Below, piece by piece: positions 1 to 13,769 of a stretch of 64,000 nucleotides of DNA. The DNA is taken from assembly GCF_009914755.1 (NCBI RefSeq), contig NC_060927.1. One strand, written 5' to 3'. Within the stretch, counting starts at the first letter, position 1; every line of letters starts with the position of its first letter. Origin of the DNA: the human T2T-CHM13v2.0 reference genome, Homo sapiens. Both the position numbers and the translations under genes were made by a program. The notes under the pieces were generated by a model. The model had not been told where the DNA came from, did not search any database, and saw only the letters and a program-made list of their open reading frames with translations.

Positions 1-566
1 GCAGCCAGAGAGGAAAAGAAAAACTTATTTATCATCTTGATAAACAGTCTCTTTCAATGTCTGTGGATGCTGTATGTAACTCGGTAGAGTCAAATACTAT
101 TAAATTGTCATCACTGTCAAAAGGGGGAGTAATAAATTTTTCTACCTGAGTCATAGTTAATGACATCTACAATGTGCAACACAAATCAGAATTACTGTTT
201 GCCTTCTTTTCTCCTAAATGTGTGTTTTCTGATCTCTCTGGCTGTAGATGTGAGGCACAGCCCTCAAAATATAAATAAATATATACTTTTGTTATTACCT
301 CTCAGCTAAACCAATAAAATATCCAGCTGACAAGGGCCAGACTCTTGGCTTGGATGAGGTATGCATGCACAGGCAAAAGCTAAGCAGAAGTACCTCGTTC
401 TAGTTCTGCACGGAAGACATGGATTTGAAAGAGTGTATTTCACTGAGTGAAGGCCTTGGAAATGGCTCCACCCAATAGTTATTTGTAAACATATTTGCAG
501 AAGCTGCTTAAATACTGTTAAGGGTGGGAGGCATCTCTTTTGCTGTCATCATCTTAAAGAATAATA

Positions 567-897
567 CAGTCATCTGTCCCATAACAATGTTTCAGTTAAC
601 GACAGACCTATAAGATAACATGGTATAATACCATATTTTTACTGTACCTTTTCTATGTCTAGATAGATTTAGATACACAAGTACTTATTATGTTATAGCT
701 GCCTACAGTATGCAGTACAATAGCATGCTGTACTGGTTTGTAGCCTAGAAGTAATAGGCTATACTATCTAGCCTAGGTGTGTAGTAGGCTATACCATCTA
801 GGTTTGTGTAAGTGTCCTCTATGAATTAGCACAATGATGAAATCACTTAATGACATATTCATTAGAAGTTACCTTGTCATTAAGTGAGGCATGACTG
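567..897 (+). mobile_element. Tigger3a/MER7A non-autonomous DNA transposon, near complete
   Basis: TA-CAGTCAT...ATGACTG termini. Internal GGTTTGTAGCCTAG...GGCTATACCATCTAGGTTTGTGTAAG is typical of Tigger3a. Confidence 0.85.
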
Positions 898-914
898 TGT
901 AGTAGACTGTATAG

Positions 915-1580
915 TACGCTTTGTTAAGCTTCAGCAACAACCTCCAAATCTCATGGGCTTCAAACAGCAAAAGTTTATTGCTTGATCATACAACAAGCCC
1001 CTTGTGATTTATCAGTGTGGCTGTGTTTGCAGGAGTTACTCAGGGACTAGATCTTCTGGAGCAGGCACCGTCTAAAACAGGTTGGCAAACTGGCCTGTAG
1101 GCCAAATCTGGTGCACTGTCCGATTTTTATGATCCACAAGCTAAAAATGATCTTCACCTTTGAAATGGCTGGAAATTGTGACACATAAAAATCACACAAA
1201 TTCAAGTTTCAATTTCCATAAATATTATTGACATACAGCTACACTAACTTGTTTATGTATCATTTGAGGTTGCATTTGTGATATAACAGCGAAGTTTGGT
1301 AGTTGCTCCAGAGACCACATGGCCCACAAAGCTGAAAATGTTTATTATCTGGATGTTTATGGAAAAAGTTTGTTGATCCTTGATCTGAAATACCACTGGC
1401 TGCCACACCAGCAGGAAGAGAGCCCTGGAAGGTCTTGCACAGGCAATTAAAAGCTTGGCTTGGTAGTGATATGTCAAGTCTGTTAATACCCAGTTGACTA
1501 AAAACAGTCAATGCCTCCTCCTCCCACAAGGGGATCAGTAACTACCATAAGCCCAGGAAGAGAAGACAGTCATTGGCATC
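915..1580 (-). mobile_element. Old MaLR LTR (MLT1J/K/L-type), split by MER58B
   Basis: Degenerate MLT1-like motifs (CCAAATCTCA..GGCTT..AACA.CAAAAGTTTATT; GGCAATTAAAAGCTTGGC) on both sides of the MER58B. Boundaries approximate. Confidence 0.5.
1078..1382 (+). mobile_element. MER58B (hAT-Charlie) DNA transposon
   Basis: CAGGTTGGCAAACT...AAAAAGTTTGTTGATCCTTG termini. Degenerate 8-bp TSD GTCTAAAA/ATCTGAAA. Confidence 0.75.
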
Positions 1581-1599
1581 CCTAATGGCTGCTCCAGCT

Positions 1600-1880
1600 A
1601 ATACTAATAATAGCAACAGCATCAGAGCAAACACATTGCTCCTGTACTCCCACACTCTTCCAAGTGCTTTCCCTGTGTTTACTCATTCATCCTCACAACA
1701 ACCTCATGATGAAAGTATTATAGTACTATTTTCCCCATTTTACAGATGAGGAGACTAAGAAAAGAAAGCTTGTATGATTTTCCTGAGATAAATCCAGCTA
1801 ATAAAGGGTGGAAGCAGTTGAAACCCAGTCAATGACCCCAAAATTCAATCTCAAACACTGTGCTCTCAACCATCCTACCA
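1600..1880 (-). mobile_element. MIR SINE
   Basis: Core CCCCATTTTACAGATGAGGAGACT. Confidence 0.7.
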
Positions 1881-2130
1881 ATCACAGACCTGCTGAGATT
1901 TAAAAGAATGCCATTCATTGATGCTGTAGAGACAACTTCTTCACAAAATCCTCAATTATGGAATATGCTAGACATAAGCAAAACACTAATTTAGTGTCTG
2001 TATAACAGATTTCTAAAACATTTAACAGTTTATTTAGGAGGTGGTTAGTAAGTGGTCCATAGATGAAAGTAAAATCTAACATCTACGGAGTTGTGGGCAG
2101 TTCTCCTATAGGACCAAAAAAAAGAGAAAG

Positions 2131-2543
<413 letters not shown>

Positions 2544-2978
2544 TCAGATTTTGTTTTGATCTTTTCATCTTCACTTCTAAGCCAACTCAAAAATGTTGTT
2601 CCATTTTTTCCATTGGAAAAAAATTCCATTGGCATTTTCTTCATTTAGCTGGAGAAAAGAAATATCATAAAATAGTTATGGTTTAGAAGTGATGGATTCA
2701 GAGTCATCATATTGCAGTGTCTGCTTTTTTGTTGTTGACTGTACCTTTATATCTTCATAAAGGAGTTTGTTTGTAATCACCACCCATGTTCGTTTTAACA
2801 TCCATTACACTTATCTGTGAACAATAATGGAAGAATCTCATTTTAAGAGAATAAAAAGAAGTTAATGATTATTGTTGGGCTTCTTTCTCAGTATGTATTC
2901 CTGCTTGTATATCATTAAATAAATGTTATAAAGAAACATAGAACAAAAATGAATAAAGAGGTAGGAGTAGACAAGTCA

Positions 2979-3348
<370 letters not shown>

Positions 3349-3921
3349 CTAGACAAAGTGAGTATGCAATGGAAAGAACACATTAGGCCCCCCACCACTG
3401 CAGGAAGAGCTCAGAAATTTGGGGTCTTTGCAACCTGGAACCTAAAAGGCAAATGACTCCATTTTCCAGCATTTCAGAATTCTACCCTTTCATCCTCCTC
3501 CAGTGTTGCCTTTGAAATTGGGTTTCAATTTTTATATTAATAACAAGGAGAATGGCAGCCCTTATTTATAGTATACCTACTATGTGCTGCTCGATTTATT
3601 AATTACTTTTCATATACAATCTCTAATGCTTACAGTATCCGTTAAATTTAGGCATTTTGCTTACAGGGACGAGGGCTTAGAGGTTACAACTTGCTCCAAA
3701 TTCATCCAGCTAGTAACCAAAGTGATGTTAATTATTCAAAATTATATTAGATATTAGTATATTCAATCTTTTATGTCAGTGTTTTATATAATTTTAGAAA
3801 AATTAGTATAGCCAGAGGAGTTATTCATATAAAATAGCATGGCCTATGTCTGTTCTGGAAATTGTTTCCATGTCATTCTCAGCCCTAAAGGATAGCACTG
3901 GTGAAGGAAAGCCTAATCAAC

Positions 3922-4163
3922 TATTGCCTAGCTGGTTCAATGGTCTTGGTTTAAGAATAGGGTCAAGGGAGATCCAAAGGGGATTTAAGTCAAGAATATT
4001 GCACCCTAGAATGAACGTAAACATAGCTATTTTTCTAAGCCTTATTTCATTTCAATTCTTGTCCTAATCACAGTAGAATACAACTTATTCATTTTAGATG
4101 TTGGCTCAGGGAAGCTGTGATTCAGTTTCCAGAGACTAATATTGACATCCAGGGTGAATGCCC
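3922..4163. repeat. Left arm of local inverted duplication (partner 4943-5206)
   Basis: Manual alignment to the reverse complement of 4943-5206 gives ~18 substitutions in ~240 bp plus indels of 1, 5 and 16 bp. Confidence 0.95.
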
Positions 4164-4942
4164 CACTTTGAGGAAGAAACTTCCCCTTCAGTTGTTTCAT
4201 TTCTGAGATTGCATTAATTTGGAATGTATTGAAGGAAAGTCTACATCAAGCAAGCAAATTTGAGGACAGAGAATAGAAAAGTGGAGATATATCCTCAGCC
4301 TTATTTTAACAAAAATTTGAAGGCAGATCTAAGAGTAGCCCAAAGGCAGTCTGATGTCCAATCCATTACATGAGTTCCCTTTCCTCATGCTCTCTGATGC
4401 ATCCTTGTTGGGAGAGAGTAAAAGTTCCACAATATGTAAAGAGCAGTAAGGAATCAAGTGTGTTCTTGTAACCTCATTGGTGCACCTTTGGGTGAAATGT
4501 ATTTCCGTGGGGGTAGACCAGTTGCTAAAAGTTATTTCTGCAGTAGAGTTTCAACATATCCAACGTATAAGCCATTTTCTTCTTTTAAAAATTGAAGAAA
4601 TCTAGTGGGTGGGTGTTGAGTTGATTATGGTATTACCTTACTTTTAGCAATTTTATTTCAGGGAGATAATGATGCCTAAATGCAGTTTCTCCGTGATTAG
4701 CCTGGAATGAGAGTAGAAAGGTAAGAGTGAGGAGTAGTCCATACTGGTGAAAAAAGGGAAAAAAATAAGAGTTATATTTTTCCCACCAATAATTCTGACC
4801 TGGTCAAAGATGATAATTTCAATAGTATTAGGAATATCAGAGTAAATTTTCATGCCTACTCTGAACCAGGTATTATTATAATCACTTTGCCTGTATTTAT
4901 TTAATTCTTATACCTGATAAGTATAAGAATTATTGCAATCCA

Positions 4943-5206
4943 GGGCATTCACCCTGGATGTCAGTGTTAGTCTCTGGAAACTGAATCACAGCATGAATGC
5001 CCTTCAGCTTCCCTGAGCTAACAACTAAAATAAATACGTTGTATTCTACTGTGATTAGGACAAGAATTGAAATGAAATAAGGCTTAGAAAAATAGCTATA
5101 ATATGTCTACTGTTCACTATAGGATGCAATATTCTTGACCTAAATCCCCTTTGGATATCCCTCAACCTTACTCTTAAACCAAGACCGTTGACCCAGCTAG
5201 GCAATA
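4943..5206. repeat. Right arm of local inverted duplication, inserted inside a MIR
   Basis: GGGCATTCACCCTGGATGTCA...CCAGCTAGGCAATA is the reverse complement of 3922-4163. MIR-like sequence lies on both sides. Confidence 0.95.
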
Positions 5207-6244
5207 ATGTAGTTCTTAAAACAACCCTGTAAAGTTGATGCTGTCATCCACATTCTACAGATGAGAATCTTGAAATATAGAATGGAAAATAATAGGAAGC
5301 AGCAGACCCAGGACTTGAGTCTTGGCAGCCTGGCTCTGGAATCTGTGATCCTATCCATTATGTTACCCTGCCTCAAACATGGTTGTCCTGCCCAGAATTT
5401 CTTCCTTTTTCCTACTTTTTTCCTTTACATACCCGAGGACGCTGGGAGAGAAAGGATGGGAATTTGTTTAATCTCAAGCATAAACAAATCAAGCAGCTAT
5501 TTTGCCCTCCTCAACCAAAACATGCTTAAAGATCCATTAGTGTCTCTCTTGTCAATGATTTACAGACAAAGACACTCAGAGCTTCTTTCCAGTCCATTGG
5601 GTCAATAAAGCATTTTTAACACAGTATTAAATATGCATTTCTGACATCCACTATGATGAATTCCAAAAAAGCTACTTATACAACCCTGATCAAAAAGTCC
5701 TGTAAAAGTGACTCTGAAAAAAATTTGCGATTTTTCTTACATATTACAGCTTTTAAAGAAAGGAACCGTTTGTAATAAAGTGGAAATGCAAGGATTCTAA
5801 TAATCATGTCCATCTTAACTTTCTTTAAATATGGTTTATTCATTTTCTCCAAAAGTTGTCTTTGGCTATAAGCATATATCCTGGCCTATTAATGAGAACT
5901 GGAGTTTACTCATAGTTACTTTTAATTGCTATTTCATTTTAAAGCTATTTCACTTAGAGTAAAAAGCTTTACCTTTATAAGTTATGACTCGATCCCCAAC
6001 CAAAATCCCAAGTTGATTTCTCTAGAAGGTATATTGGAAGTTCTCATCTTTGCAAAAGCTACACTTATCATTCAAATTCATCTTTGTGAACATATCCACA
6101 TAATGGATATTCAGAAAAGGTTCCCGAAAAAGGATTAATTTATACATTCTGTCTTTCTTCTTCTACCGTTTCCTTCCTATTTTCCTTTTCTTTCCCTTTA
6201 CATTCCACATATTCTTCCCTCCCTCTCTTTCTTTCCTTCCTTCC

Positions 6245-6660
6245 TTCCTTTCATTATTCAGTCATTTAATCATTTAGTAAATGTGTGACTGCCCACTATT
6301 ATTCCAGGCACAAGAGATAAAGAATTAAACAAGATATGGTCCCCCTGCCAGCGTGGAGTGCCCAGCCAAACAGGCTAGACAACAAGCCCATAATTCCAGT
6401 TGGGAGTCAGGCTGAAAAAGAAAAGTTCAGCTTGCTAAGAGAACATATAATGGGGGTCAAAAGTGAGTCTTTGAGGAAAAGTTTCATTCAACAACTATTT
6501 ACATACCAAACAAGTGCCAGATTTCAAGCTTAGTACTGGAATAGTGGTAAAACAGAAAAAAATTGTTGTCCTTCCTCCTTATAGGAAAAGCAAGACATTA
6601 TTTTTTAAAAATCAAAATCATGCACACTATAAATATTATTGTACAAGAATTATGTAGGAG
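6245..6660 (-). mobile_element. L2 3'-end fragments
   Basis: TTCATT(C)A..TT tails followed by CCAGGCAC...AAACAAGATATGGTCCC. Approximate. Confidence 0.55.
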
Positions 6661-6904
6661 ATGTAGGCTCATACACAGTAGAATATAACTCACAGTATGG
6701 TTCAGGAAGGCCACCACAGCAATACCCACACACATGTACATGTACAGGACTTAGGCTTATATTCCCTGTCTTTTTATTTTTGAAGCAATTCTCTCTATTC
6801 CAATTTACACTCCCCCCTTAGCATATTTTCTTCTTTCCCGGAAAGTCTGCTGTTGTGATAATTTAAAGTTGTTTGGCTATGCTTGTTCTTGGACATGAAA
6901 CCAC

Positions 6905-7271
6905 TGATAGATATGGTTTGGCACTATGTCCCCACCCAAATCACATCTCGAATTGTAATCCCCACATGTCAAGAGAGGGACCTAGTTGGAGGTGATTGGA
7001 TCATGAGGGTGGTTTCCCCCATGCTGTTCTCATGATGGTGGGGGAGTTCTTATAAAATCTGATGATTTTAAAAGTGGTCATTTCCCCTGCACTCTCTCTC
7101 CTGCCACATTTTTAAGAAGGTACTTGCTTTCTCTTCACACTCTACTATGATTGTAAGTTTCCTGAGGCCTCACAAGTCATGCAGAACTGTGAGTCAGTTA
7201 AACCTCTTTTATTTATAAATTACGCAGTCTCTGGTAGTATCTTTATAGCAGTGTGAAAACAGACTAATACA
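6905..7271 (+). mobile_element. THE1D-like solo LTR (ERVL-MaLR)
   Basis: TGATA(GATA)TGGTTTGG...CCCACCCAAATC...GACTAATACA. TSD ACCAC/ATCAC. Confidence 0.9.
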
Positions 7272-8308
7272 ATCACCAACAGCAAAAGATACTACTGAAT
7301 GTCCAATTCCCTGGCAGATGAAAAGGACCGGACATTAGCAAGTTCCCATAGGTGTCCATTCAAAAAATTTGACCCAGTTTGTAGCCCAGAGTGATCCAGT
7401 TGGTTGGTATGAGCTATTTCTATTAAATATCAGATCTGGGGGCAAACCCTGACTTACAATGCCAGTTGTCAAGCTTTTAGTCATCTGCCTGCCAGTCATT
7501 CCTAACCTCTTCTTCCCTTTCCATCATGACACATAATTGTCACCAGTGGGGACCCTTTTAAAAGAAACGTTATCCTTCGCAATTTATCTTCCTTGTTTCC
7601 TCACTTGTACAGCTCAAGACAGTGATGCATTGAGCTGGGAAGGAGGCATCCATTGCTAGGAGCATATTGGACTTGGCATTTTTTTAACTTCTCCAGCTCA
7701 GAGTTGCTGCTGCCGGAAATAATCTTGAAATGCTATCTTTTTCTCTTTTTTGGATATTAGAAACTTTCTTTTCCTGTTAAAAATAGGTTTGATAATGTAT
7801 TCAGGGCTCTAACAAACCCAAGAGAAAAGAGCAGATGGGAAACTAGAGAGATGCCCCATGGAGTTTTTTTTTGCAGGGGCCCTTCCCCTTAACACCAGGG
7901 TCAACATGGGCAAAAGGAATGAGAAGAAAGTCCACTGTTTTGAAGATTTGTGGCAGAAAGAGAACTGGGAAGCAGAGTACATTTAACACATCTAACTTTT
8001 CCAGATCGGTGTGCATTAGCCAGATAATTACGGCATTTACTTCCTAGTTGGAAAGAACAATGGGATCCCTTATAATGCTAGATTTAGGGTTTTGGGCTAA
8101 TTTTATAGATATTTTAGATGTATGTTTTCTGCAGATTAACTGATAACAGAAACAATAATCTGGAAAATCTGAGTAGTACAAACAACCTCCATACTAGCCT
8201 GTTCTTTATTCTATATCCTCTGCCATTAGATAATAGGTTACTTCATCTGTCTTGTTTTTTAGATCTACAGATCCTGGGTGAAATCCAAAAAAGAGACCAT
8301 TTTCCATA

Positions 8309-8311
<3 letters not shown>

Positions 8312-8342
<31 letters not shown>
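8312..8342. repeat. Poly(A) run of 31 nt
   Basis: Direct observation. No adjacent Alu/L1 body recognised. Confidence 0.9.
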
Positions 8343-8344
<2 letters not shown>

Positions 8345-9946
8345 AAGCTGCATTTTCTAAGGAAGCACCTAAATGACTTAGCTTTGAGAAACCATAGATC
8401 ATCTTGAAATCATTTTGACTTGGATTGAGATGAAATTTAGAAATGGATAGGCATTGACACCAAGGAAAAGTCCGAAAGATATTTGCATGACAAATATTAT
8501 CATTCTGAAATAACATTGGCAGTTAAGTTTGAAAGGATAGTTCACAAGGTAAACCTTAAAATACAAATACATTGGATTAAAATACACATTTCCTAATTTC
8601 CAGAAAGGTTGTGACAAACTTAACTCTTCCCTTTCATTGGGAGAAACTCTGGGGGAACATTTTGGTTTCCTTTCTCTTTTTCCAAGAAGCCAGCTGATGG
8701 GGACAATAGATAAGTAAAACCTTTTTGTCTGAGGGAGTCTTGAAAAATTTTATCTCTGGGTTATAATAGGAATTGTATGTCATTTTATGTCCTTATAGAA
8801 TTTGATCACCTTCTCACTGTATCATGGGTGGGCCCAAGTAAAGGTGGGCTCTTGATGTAGCCAAAAAGTAAAAAACACATAGGAATGTGGGACGGTGTGT
8901 ATTTTACAAGCATACTATACTCTGTATATATACTCTGCTATACCAAAGGCATACACCCTTCTTGGTTAGGTTCCATATTATTTGATCATGCAAAAATCCA
9001 TGGCAGATTTGTTATTCATTTTTCACTTTGTTCAATCATCTACCCATCTAAATGTAATGTGATATCTTTGATGGGACCCTGAAACAGGAAAGTATATTAT
9101 GTAAAAGCTAAAAGAATCTGAATAAAGCCTAGCCTTTAGTTAATAATGTGTCAATCAAATATTTGTCATTTAATACTACCTTTAGATAGCTGATAATCAC
9201 CTAAGTATGATTGATTTCACTTTTTCCTTAGCAGAAGAATCTCTGTGAAGAATAGATCATTATACCAAATTTTAAAAATAGAATATCTCCTTTCTTAGAG
9301 TAGAGGTAACTGAGCCCCCTTGGATAATCCATAAAGTCCCACAAAATGTGTCTTTAGAGCAAAGTTATGTAAGTGTGACTTTTCCTGCCAAAGATCTAAA
9401 AATTTTACTTTTTTAATACAAGCCCAGGCTTCCATGGGCAGGATAGACTGAAAGAGTAAATTGCTCCGTTTGACTGTCTGCTAGGTCTGTTACAATGTAA
9501 ACTTTGGGAATGAGATTTGGGTATGATGGGACAATCAGAGCTTCCAACTGTTGGGGTCCTGTGGGGTTCCACTGTGTCCACCAAGACCTATTTCTGGGCT
9601 CTGCACCAGTGTACCTGAGCAGCATGTGTGATTGAGGCCATAGTTCAACTTGTCAAAATCAAAGAGCCTGTTATTTAGAGCAACACCTTCCTGGCCTCAT
9701 GTGTGTAAATCCACCATCTGTGAGCCTAAGGAAGATATGGCCTGGGGTCATTGACTTTATATACAAGTCTTTGATGAAAATGGAGCATTTGTCATTTCTC
9801 AGTTACCATGCTCTTCCTTTTTCAAAGAAATGACAGCATGTACGTCAGGGTGGGACAGGGGAAAGAGCACTGTATATGGGGTGAGGGTCTGGGTTCTGGT
9901 CTCAATGCTGTTGGCTCCTTGCTAGGTAAAACATGGGCAAGTTTCT

Positions 9947-10936
9947 TTTTTTTTTCTTTTGCATTTTAAATTTGGATATATATTCTTTTATTATTATTAT
10001 TATACTTTAAGTTCTAGGGTATATGTGCACAACGTGCAGGTTTGTTACATATGTATACATGTGCCATGTTGGTGTGCTGCACCTGTTAGCTCGTCATTTA
10101 CATTAGGTATATTTCCTAAGGCTATCCCTCCCCTCAACCCCCACTCCACAACAGGCCCCAGTGTGTGATGTTCCCCACCCTGTGTCCAAGTGTTCTCATT
10201 GTTCAATTCTCACCTATGAGTGAGAACATGCTGTGTTTGGTTTTATGTCCTTGTGATAGTTTGCTCAGAATGATGGTTTCCAGCTTCATCCATGTCCCTA
10301 CAAAGGACATGAACTCATCCTTTTTTATGGCTGCATAGTATTCCATGGTGTATATGTGCCACATTTTCTTAATCCAGTCTATCATTGGTGGACATTTGGC
10401 TTGGTTCCAAGTCTTTGTTATTGTGAATAGTGCCGCAATAAACATACGTGTGCATGTGTCTTTATAGCAGCATGATTTATAGTCCTTTGGGTATATACCC
10501 AGTAAGGGGATGGCTGGGTCAAATGCTATTTCTAGTTCTAGATCCCTGAGGAATCGCCACACTGACTTCCACAATGGTTGAACTAGTTTACAGTCCCACC
10601 AACAGTGTAAAAGTGTTCCTATTTCTCCACATCCTCTCCAGCACCTGTTGTTTCCTGACTTTTTAATGATCACCATTCTAACTGGTGTGAGATGGTATCT
10701 CATTGTGTTTTTGATTTGCATTTCTCTGATGGCCAGTGATGATGAGCATTTTTTCATGTGTCTGTTGGCTACATAATTGTCTTCTTTTGAGAAGTGTCTG
10801 TTCATATCCTTTGCCCACTTTTTGATGGGGTTGTTTGATTTTTTTCTTGTAAATTTGTTTGAGTTCATTGTAGATTCTGGATATTAGCTTTGTCAGATAG
10901 GTAGATTGTAAAATTTTTCTCCCATTCTGTAGGTTG
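9947..10936 (-). mobile_element. 5'-truncated L1PA (about L1PA4-6) with 18-bp TSD and short 3' transduction
   Basis: Canonical L1 3'UTR and ORF2 C-terminus. Perfect TSD AAACATGGGCAAGTTTCT at 9929-9946 and 10937-10954. EN-like site TTCT/AA. Confidence 0.96.
10203..10868 (-). pseudogene. L1 ORF2p C-terminal (Cys-rich) fragment
   Basis: [15 protein letters not shown]...[17 protein letters not shown]...[10 protein letters not shown] is L1 ORF2p. It lacks the EN and RT domains. Confidence 0.95.
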
Positions 10937-11631
10937 AAACATGGGCAAGTTTCTAAGTCACTCTTGGTCTCATTTGCTTCTCCTGTAAAATAAAGATTTG
11001 TGATGTGTTTATTATGGTATTGGGCACATAGGAAAAACTCAATAAATGATTACTTTCTTTAATATTATTACTATTACCATTGGTTGCATGGCTATATTGC
11101 TTGCTGTAAGTCTGTATCATCTCTAGAAAATGGAAATAACAATAGTTCTATCTCCATCTTTCAACTACTTTGAAAATTAAATGAAATATGTGTTAAAAGC
11201 ACATTTTAAACCTTGATAATAATATGTGAGACATTGTTGAATACATAAAACAATAAGAATCCATGTTCTGGAAGAGTTTGATTTCCAATGGGACACACAG
11301 ACAATAATGTCATCAGAAAATTATATACTGTGTTTGAAAGTTACAGGTGTTGGGGGCAGGGGGGTGAGGGGACATAAAGCAAGGGAGCTCATGAGTGCTT
11401 GCTAAGGGGAGTATGATTTATTTTAAGTAGACAGGTCAAGTGTGCCTCTGATTAAGTGACATTTGAGCAATGATGGAGTGAGGAGTGGGTGAGCCAGAGA
11501 TCTGTTGGGAGCATGTCTCAGGTGATACAGTGACCCTCATGGGGTACATGCCTGGGGTGCTCATGCAGTAACCGTCAAAGTGACCAGTGTACATGGAGGA
11601 AAGTCAAGGAGAGAGAGAGTCATAACAAATC

Positions 11632-11946
<315 letters not shown>

Positions 11947-12049
11947 TCAGAGTCACAACTAGGGGAGGAGGGGCGGCTCGGATATTTAACCTTGGTAACC
12001 TTTCTAAGCCAAGTGTCAAACATTTTCTTGGAAGTTTTTCAACCATAAG

Positions 12050-12230
12050 GCACAACCACTTGTGAAAAGATGCAAAAAGCCTGAGTTTTGGGATCTAGTG
12101 ACTGGGGTCACACTTATGTGATTCTGGGCAAGTTATTTAACCCCTCTGAGCCTCAGCTTCTCATGTGTAAAGTGGGGACAATACCTTGTAAAGTTGCTGG
12201 AATGTGTATAATTAATACAGCATCCAGCAC
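12050..12230 (+). mobile_element. MIR
   Basis: GGGCAAGTTATTTAACCCCTCTGAGCCTCAGCTTCTCAT. Confidence 0.7.
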
Positions 12231-13289
12231 CCAAATCAGAGCTCCAGAAATGGCATTGAGCTCCAAGAGTAGCAGAGAACCATTCCTTTGGCTCTTTGAC
12301 AACAGTGCCATGAGGGACAGGCTTTGGACCTTCAGTGCCCACCTTGTTGTCAGTATTATTTAACTCAGTGCAGTAACTCAGGCGATCTGGCTTGTCTGTC
12401 ATTGTGTCCGTTGACTTGACTGTAAATCAAATGAGATTCAAAATACATCCTGAGAGCTTTCATGTGCCTTGTGCCATTTTCAATCATAAATATTGCTCCA
12501 CTCTTGTATTAGAGCCAAGAGGTGACTTTAAAATTAGTGGCATTTTTGTGAAGTGTCGAACTAGCTGTTACTGACTTGACGGAGGGTATTTGTAGCTGAC
12601 AATTATAAGCTAAAGTGACATGATTGCAGGTGTCTGAGTTAAAGAGTGTAATATATGATTAGCCCTATTCCATTAACTTGAATCCCAGTGTCGTGCATGG
12701 GGAGATAGTAAGGCACTCTTCCATGAACAAGTTGCAGCCTTCTTTCTTCTAGTCATTGTTTTGCACGAGCCATTTATTTCTTCTCCTTCGCTACCTTGTA
12801 CTTCTCCAACTCCTCCTGCATATAGCTTACCAAGGTGGTTGCCCTAGAGAAATACCTGTACCACACCAGTCCTTTGTTCCAAAAATTCCCATTCATTGCT
12901 GTGAGGAAACAAGTGACAACCTTGACCCCAGTCAAGCTTACAGTTTGGCTGGGGCACAGACATGAACAACTAAACACAGGAAATGTGTAGGGTGCTAATA
13001 GAATGAACAAAGGTGGACGTGAGGAGCATTCTCTAAGGAACTGACCTTTGAGTTGAGCTCTAAGGAGAGTTAACTGGCAAAATCATTTGTGTTGGAGTGA
13101 GGAGGTTGGAGGGATGGGAGGTAGGAGTGAGTATTCCAGAAGAAACCATATTTTCAATCCCTCTAAGACAGAAAATATGTTATTTATATCTTTGTTGGCA
13201 CCAAAGATATAAATTTATACCTTTGTTGGCACCTACAAAGATATAAATAATATCTAGTCACTCTGGTATTCTTATTATAGGAAGTATAT

Positions 13290-13480
13290 ACAGACTCTAC
13301 CATATGTCAGGCTCGGCACTAACCCCTTTACATGTGTTCTCTCTGTTTATACTCACACAACCCTGTGATACAGGTGTTATTATTATTCCCATTTTACAGA
13401 TGAGGAAACTAAGGCATTCAGTAAATGACAGAGCCGAGATTCAAACTAAAAGAGGCTGATATGAAAGCCTGAACTCTTCC
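13290..13480 (-). mobile_element. MIR
   Basis: ATTATTCCCATTTTACAGATGAGGAAACTAAGGC. Confidence 0.75.
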
Positions 13481-13548
13481 CTCCTATGGAGAGAAACATA
13501 ATTAGTCTACTCAAAATCAGAGACTCTTGCGTTTCTTTCATGTTAGGC

Positions 13549-13769
13549 CAGGGTTTCTCAACACCTTCACAATATCGATCTTTTGAGCCAGATCATTCTT
13601 TCTATGGGAGGCCATCCTGGGCATTGTGGGATGTTTAACATAGCCCTGCTTCCTACCTGAAAGATGCAAGTAGCTGTGTGCTCCAACCAGTGATGACAAT
13701 CAGAAATATCTCCAAACTGGCCAGCTATTATTATGGGGGAGGGAGCAACATCACACCCCACCACCACTG
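13549..13769 (-). mobile_element. MER20 (hAT-Charlie)
   Basis: CAGGGTTTCTCAAC...CCACTG termini. Internal GATGTTTA.CA...GATGC.AGTAGC. Confidence 0.8.

Larger units (their letters stand above)
9860..11080 (+). mobile_element. MIR split by the L1PA insertion
   Basis: GAAAGAGCAC...CTGGGTTC...GGGCAAGTT on the left; CTCATTTGCTTCTCCTGTAAAAT...CTCAATAAATG on the right. Confidence 0.65.

Noticed and set aside
10203-10868. Longest ORF (221 aa) as a gene
   Set aside because: C-terminal piece of L1 ORF2p in a 5'-truncated element with no promoter.
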